64,000 nt of DNA, from assembly GCA_965242725.1 (NCBI GenBank), contig CBDESZ010000012.1:65247-129246 (forward strand). The letters are read 5' to 3'. Made by a program: the position numbers and the translations under genes. The stretch is from Alkalispirochaeta sp. (lineage in GTDB: Bacteria; Spirochaetota; Spirochaetia; DSM-27196; Alkalispirochaetaceae). The notes beneath the pieces are model-generated. The model had not been told where the DNA came from. It saw nothing but the letters and a program-made list of their open reading frames with translations, and did no database searches. Every line of letters begins with the position of its first letter. The stretch's first letter is position 1. Below are positions 59,268 to 64,000 of the stretch, piece after piece.

Positions 59268-60581
59268 CTATTGCGCGTCGCCGGCCGCACCGGCCACGAC
59301 TGCAGGCAGCTCCCGCAGCACTTCCCGCGCAAGGGCGAGGGCGGCGTGGGCGGCGCGTTCCTTTATCTCCCGACGGTCGCCGGGAAAGTGATAACGCCGG
59401 CAGGTGACGGCCGGTCCACCCTCAGGTGCCGGTGCCGCCACGGCGATCCATGTGAGTCCGACAGGTTTTTCTTCACTCCCGCCGTCGGGCCCGGCAATTC
59501 CGGTTACGGCGATGCCGACGTCGCTGTGAAAAGCTGCACAGGCGCCGCGGGCCATCGCCGCTGCCACCGATTCACTGACCGCCCCGTCGCGGAGAATCAC
59601 CTCGTCCGAGACGCCCAGGTGTGAGACTTTGACGTCGTTGCTGTAGGCGACGACGCCGCCGAGGAAATAGCGCGAACTTCCGGGGACGTTGGTGAGCCGG
59701 TCGCCGATGAGCCCGCCGGTGCACGACTCCGCCGTCGCAGCGGTCATGTTTCGTTCCAGAAGGAGGCGGCCGACCACCTCTTCAAGTGTTGCATCGTCTT
59801 CACCATAAATAGCGTCACCGAGTATGTCGTATATCCGGGCCGCGGCTTCGTCTATCAGCCGTTCCGCCTCGGTACGATCGGTTGAGTGAGCGGTGAGACG
59901 GAATGTCATTTCCCCAAGATGGGCAAGGGGCGCGATCGTGGGATTTGTCTGGTTGTCCAGGATCTCCTTCAATAGCTCCGCAGCCCGGGACTCGCCCACA
60001 CCGATCACCCGCAGGACCCGGGATACGAGGACCGCTTCGTTCCCCTCTTCCGATATGAGGGAGGCGAGGCGGGGGAGGACCTGTTCCCGCATGAGTCCCC
60101 GCATTTCTCCGGGAGGTCCCGGAACGAGAGCAAAGGTCGTACCCCGACTGGTCAGAAATATCCCGGGAGCCGTTCCCCTGCTGTTGGGAAGGAGTTCCGC
60201 ACCGTCCGGGACCATAGCCTGGCGGAAGTTGTTTTGCGGAAAGGCGTGTCTCCGCGCCCATCCCCGGCTCACAAAGAGTTCCTGTAAATGGTGCGCCCAC
60301 GCCTCGTTCCGTTTGAGGGGCAATCCCAGTACCTCGGCCACCGTCTCCCGGGTGAGGTCGTCCTCCGTCGGACCCAGCCCGCCGGTGAGCACCACCAGAT
60401 CGACGCGATCGGCAGCCGCGGAAACCGCCGCCTGCAGACGATCGTGATTGTCCCCCACCACCGTCTGATGGTAGACGCCGATACCAAGTTCGGCGAGCAT
60501 TTGGGCGATCTCCGCCGCGTTTGTGTTGACAACGTGTCCCATGAGAAGTTCCGTACCGACGGCGATGATTTCCGCTTTCAT
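59268..60581 (-). CDS. cinA: Competence/damage-inducible protein A (MoCF plus PncC domains)
   Basis: VGTELL.G..VNTN, TGGLGPTEDDLT, AESCTGG and TGIAGPDGG motifs. Confidence 0.93.
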   Translation of the reverse strand: MKAEIIAVGTELLMGHVVNTNAAEIAQMLAELGIGVYHQTVVGDNHDRLQAAVSAAADRVDLVVLTGGLGPTEDDLTRETVAEVLGLPLKRNEAWAHHLQELFVSRGWARRHAFPQNNFRQAMVPDGAELLPNSRGTAPGIFLTSRGTTFALVPGPPGEMRGLMREQVLPRLASLISEEGNEAVLVSRVLRVIGVGESRAAELLKEILDNQTNPTIAPLAHLGEMTFRLTAHSTDRTEAERLIDEAAARIYDILGDAIYGEDDATLEEVVGRLLLERNMTAATAESCTGGLIGDRLTNVPGSSRYFLGGVVAYSNDVKVSHLGVSDEVILRDGAVSESVAAAMARGACAAFHSDVGIAVTGIAGPDGGSEEKPVGLTWIAVAAPAPEGGPAVTCRRYHFPGDRREIKERAAHAALALAREVLRELPAVVAGAAGDAQ

Positions 60582-60703
60582 ATTCTTCCTTTCCCGCGAC
60601 GCCGGACGCCTGATATCCCTTGTGGCCGGCGGGCGAGTCATGCTACATCACGTCCAGAGAGAGAACAACCGTTCCCGCCCGACCCTGCCAAGGAAGGAAT
60701 ACA

Positions 60704-61708
60704 ATGAACCGATTTCATGAACGCCGTGACGCCGTCACATTCATCATGGTCGTCACGATCGCAGCCGCCGCCGCGATTGCCGCAACGACGGGCATCGTTT
60801 CCAGCGGCGGTCTTGAGCGCGCCGCCGCGGCGGAGACTCATGTTTCCGTCAGAGGTGAGTCGATTCCACTCTTCGGGAATGGGGTGTACCGCCACATGTC
60901 CGCGGACGTGGCAGTCCAGGGTATCGGCCAGGATGTGGTCACCCTCCTGCTCGGCGTACCGCTTCTCCTTGTCGTCGGCATGCTCGCCCTTTCGTCGGGG
61001 GCGGTGGTACGGGCGGATGGGAAAACACGTGCTGCCGCCGGGCCGGAAGCAGTCTCGCCTGCGGATGCGAAGGCGCAGGCGAAGGCGCGGCCGCATAAGC
61101 CGCAGAATGGGATTCACCGTCTGCCGGCTCATCTCGCCCTTGCGGGTATCGTCGGCTACTTTTTTGTCAGCTATCTGTTTTATATGCTCATGGGGACCTA
61201 TAACGTCCTCTTTCTTCTCTATGCATTCCTTGCGGGAATGTCGTTTTTTACCCTCGCCCGGCTCATGCTCGGTCTTGATCCGGAAACGGTGGCAAAGGCG
61301 GTCGCGGGGAATGCGCCGACTTCAGGCGCAGGTATTTTTCTCATCGTCAATGCCCTCCTCGTCGCGTTCATGTGGCTGGGGGTCGTCGTTCCACCTCTCT
61401 TTGACGGCACCCTCTATCCGCAGGGACTCGATCACTACACGACCCTCGTCGTCCAGGGTATGGATCTGAGCATTCTTCTCCCCCTGTCGTTCGTCACGGG
61501 CATCATGATCCGCCGTCGCACGCCCCTGGGCACGCTCCTCGGCCCCGTCTATCTCGTCTTTCTTTCAATTCTCATGGTTGCCCTTACCGCCAAGATTGTC
61601 GCGATGGCGGCAACGGGCGTTTCCGTTATTCCTGCGGTTTTCATCATTCCGACTATTACGATCGTCGCAATCGTCGTAACAGTACGACTCCTGAGAAGAT
61701 ATTCATAG
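60704..61708 (+). CDS. Multi-pass membrane protein of unknown function
   Basis: AAGGA SD and ~8 hydrophobic segments. Confidence 0.7.
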   Translation: MNRFHERRDAVTFIMVVTIAAAAAIAATTGIVSSGGLERAAAAETHVSVRGESIPLFGNGVYRHMSADVAVQGIGQDVVTLLLGVPLLLVVGMLALSSGAVVRADGKTRAAAGPEAVSPADAKAQAKARPHKPQNGIHRLPAHLALAGIVGYFFVSYLFYMLMGTYNVLFLLYAFLAGMSFFTLARLMLGLDPETVAKAVAGNAPTSGAGIFLIVNALLVAFMWLGVVVPPLFDGTLYPQGLDHYTTLVVQGMDLSILLPLSFVTGIMIRRRTPLGTLLGPVYLVFLSILMVALTAKIVAMAATGVSVIPAVFIIPTITIVAIVVTVRLLRRYS

Positions 61709-61744
61709 GTATAAATATTTACAGTTCTTATGGTAACGGGTCGA

Positions 61745-62440
61745 TCAGAAGATAATCTCCGGAAGGTTTAAAATAGACGGAAGAACGATATCGGCGTGAG
61801 GTTCCAGGATCTCCCTCTCCACGGCACCGGTCAGTACAGCCACCACAAGTCCCACCCCGGCATCTCGCCCCATGTTCATGTCGTGGAGCGTATCGCCCAC
61901 CACGGCGATCTCCCCTGCCTCGACGCCGACCGCCCGGGAAAACTCATCTACAACCGCCCGGTCCGGTTTTACCGCGCCGCCGCTGTCGTATCCCGCAATC
62001 CAACGAAAGTACCGGCGTACTCCGGAAACATCGAGTGTCAGCCGCGCGCCCTCCTCCGAGTCACTCGTGGCGAGGCCCAATTGTATATTCCCCGCCGTCA
62101 GCGCCTGAAAAAGGCGTGAAAGATCACCGACCGGCACCGATCGACGGGGTCCCACCGTCGCGCTGTAGGAGTTTACCGTCCGCTCCAGCTCATCGATGTT
62201 CCGGGCCGGCACAAGCTCCACCCACGCCCGGGCGATATCCCCGGCGTTCCCGGCGGCAATCGGTCCATCCGGTACAAATCGTTCCGCCGTCCCGTCATAT
62301 CCTGCGGCAATAACCAACTTCCCCGCCAGCTTCGTGTCGCCTTCGGCGACGTGCAGCGCCGCCTCACGGACGATTGGAATCCATGTCTTCCTGAAATCAT
62401 AGAGGGTGCCGTCTTTGTCAAAAAGAATTGCCCGTATCAC
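61745..62440 (-). CDS. HAD-family hydrolase
   Basis: FDKDGTL, ATSD, KP and VGDT.HD motifs. Confidence 0.9.
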   Translation of the reverse strand: MIRAILFDKDGTLYDFRKTWIPIVREAALHVAEGDTKLAGKLVIAAGYDGTAERFVPDGPIAAGNAGDIARAWVELVPARNIDELERTVNSYSATVGPRRSVPVGDLSRLFQALTAGNIQLGLATSDSEEGARLTLDVSGVRRYFRWIAGYDSGGAVKPDRAVVDEFSRAVGVEAGEIAVVGDTLHDMNMGRDAGVGLVVAVLTGAVEREILEPHADIVLPSILNLPEIIF

Positions 62441-62605
62441 GGCGCCATTCTAACCCGCAGAGAAAATATCCACTACGGGGACTAAACATTTCGCAAAAAG
62501 AGTATTATAATTAGTTCTCTATAATTTATTGTCGGAAACGTCCATGACGACCGACGTGGTTGTCCGGACGCTTATCACTCATCCAAACCTTTAAAAGGAG
62601 TTTGT

Positions 62606-64000
62606 ATGGACAGAAAGTTTATTCGAATTGCAGGAATCCTGTTCCTCATGTTCGCCGTCGCCGGCGGAGCATTTGCCGGAGGAAGCGGAGAGAGCACCGA
62701 AGAAGATATCTCGACGCTCCGCGTTGCGGTGCCGACCTTCCCCAATTCCCTCGACGCGTCGATCGCATCGGAGCGGAATGCCCAGAACGTGGCATGGCAG
62801 ATGTTTGACAGCCTCGTGTGGGCAAATGACAAGAACGTCATCGAGCCCGCCCTCGCCACCGATTGGGAGGTATCGGAAGACGGTACGGAGTACACCTTTC
62901 ATCTTCGCGAAGGAGTGACCTTTCACAACGGCGAGCCCTTCAACGCCGAAGCGGTCGTCTACTCGTGGGAGCGGGGTATCCAACCCGAGATTGAATGGAG
63001 CGATCGCTGGGCACGAGCCGATTCCGTAGAAGCGATCGATGAGTACACCGTCCGCATTACCACGGAAGAACCGGACCCCCTCCTGCTCGGAATCATGGCG
63101 CAACACTGGAATATCGTTCCCCCCGTCTACACCGAGGAAGTGGGAAACGATGAGTTCGGCGCGGCTCCCGTCGGTACCGGTCCCTTCAAATTTGTCGAGT
63201 GGGTACGGGAAGACCGAATCATTCTCGATGCCAATGAAGATTACTGGCGCGAAGGACTCCCCAAAGTCGACCGCGTCGTCTACCGCCCCATTCCGGAAGC
63301 GTCGACCCGGATGGCCGCCATCCAGACCGGTGAGGTCGATATTGTTAATCGCCTGACCGCGGAACAGGCCGGTGCGCTCGAGGATGTCGACGGCGTCACG
63401 GTCGTCACCTATCCGGTGGACCGTGTCTTCTACATCGCCTTCAATAACCTGACTTCTGGACAGGGAGAACCCACCGAGAACAAACTCGTCCGTCAGGCGA
63501 TGAACTACGCCGTGGACCGGCAGGCGATCATCGACAGCCTCTTTGAGGGGCATGCGCAACTCGCCACGGGTTTCATGACCGAATCAAACCTCGGATACGA
63601 TGACTCAATCGAACCCTATCCCTACGACCCCGAAATGGCACGGGAACTCCTCGCCGAGGCAGGATATCCCGACGGCTTTGAGATGGGCTTCGCCGCGCCG
63701 GCCGGTGCGTACACAAACTTTGAACAGGTAGCCGAGGCGATTCAGGGGTATCTTTCCGACGTCGGTATTGAGACGAACCTGGAGATCATGGAGTCCGGTC
63801 GTTACTGGGATCTGGAAGCTGAAAAACAGCTCCCGCCACTCTTCGGCGACAGCTGGTCCGAGCGCTCGGGAGAATCCCTGCCGCGCCTCCTCGGTGCACT
63901 GGGCGGATGGGACGCGAGCTTCTCGCGTGGAGCGATCCCGTCATTGACGACTACCTCGACCAGATCGCCGTCACCATAGACCAGGACGAACGGGCACAAC
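62606..64000 (+). CDS. Peptide/nickel ABC transporter substrate-binding protein (family 5); apparent frameshift near 63924, runs off the window
   Basis: PALA.DW, LREGV.FHNG, PVGTGPF and VRQAMNYAVDR motifs; AAGGAG SD. Confidence 0.92.

Noticed and set aside
30572..63559. Numerous long antisense or alternate-frame ORFs (e.g. 31046-31936, 37745-38638, 46311-47213, 58323-59210, 62591-63559)
   Set aside because: They overlap well-supported genes and are the expected shadows of GC-rich coding sequence, with no recognisable motifs.

Overview
This is GC-rich bacterial chromosome, probably from a free-living spirochaete (inferred from 'FAGGxxE'-type solute-binding-protein leaders and the lipoprotein style). 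The standout feature is an AT-richer ~8.45 kb element integrated in tRNA-Arg(CCT) and bounded by a 45-bp direct repeat (6233-6277 and 14683-14727). It encodes a tyrosine integrase, an excisionase-like HTH, a frameshift-split HUH rolling-circle Rep-like protein, a HEPN-motif protein, a second Xer-like recombinase preceded by a dif-like site, and a scaffold plus major capsid pair. No portal, large terminase, tail or lysis gene is recognisable, so it is a candidate capsid-encoding, rolling-circle phage satellite. The rest of the window holds a SNF2 helicase 3' part, a TPP riboswitch with thiBPQ, a FitA/VapC toxin-antitoxin pair, tandem cNMP-GGDEF genes, a 1530-aa repeat lipoprotein divergent from a 7TM-DISM-LuxR regulator, and a chemoreceptor. 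It also holds a complete beta-oxidation cluster with a shared palindromic operator, an enlarged FMN riboswitch with the rib operon, two PAS/HisKA_2 kinases, a decayed lipoprotein gene, a P1B-4 ATPase, an hsdR'-'hsdS deletion scar, cinA and a peptide ABC binding protein. Several single indels suggest possible assembly errors. All family assignments come from motif recognition by eye; no searches were run.
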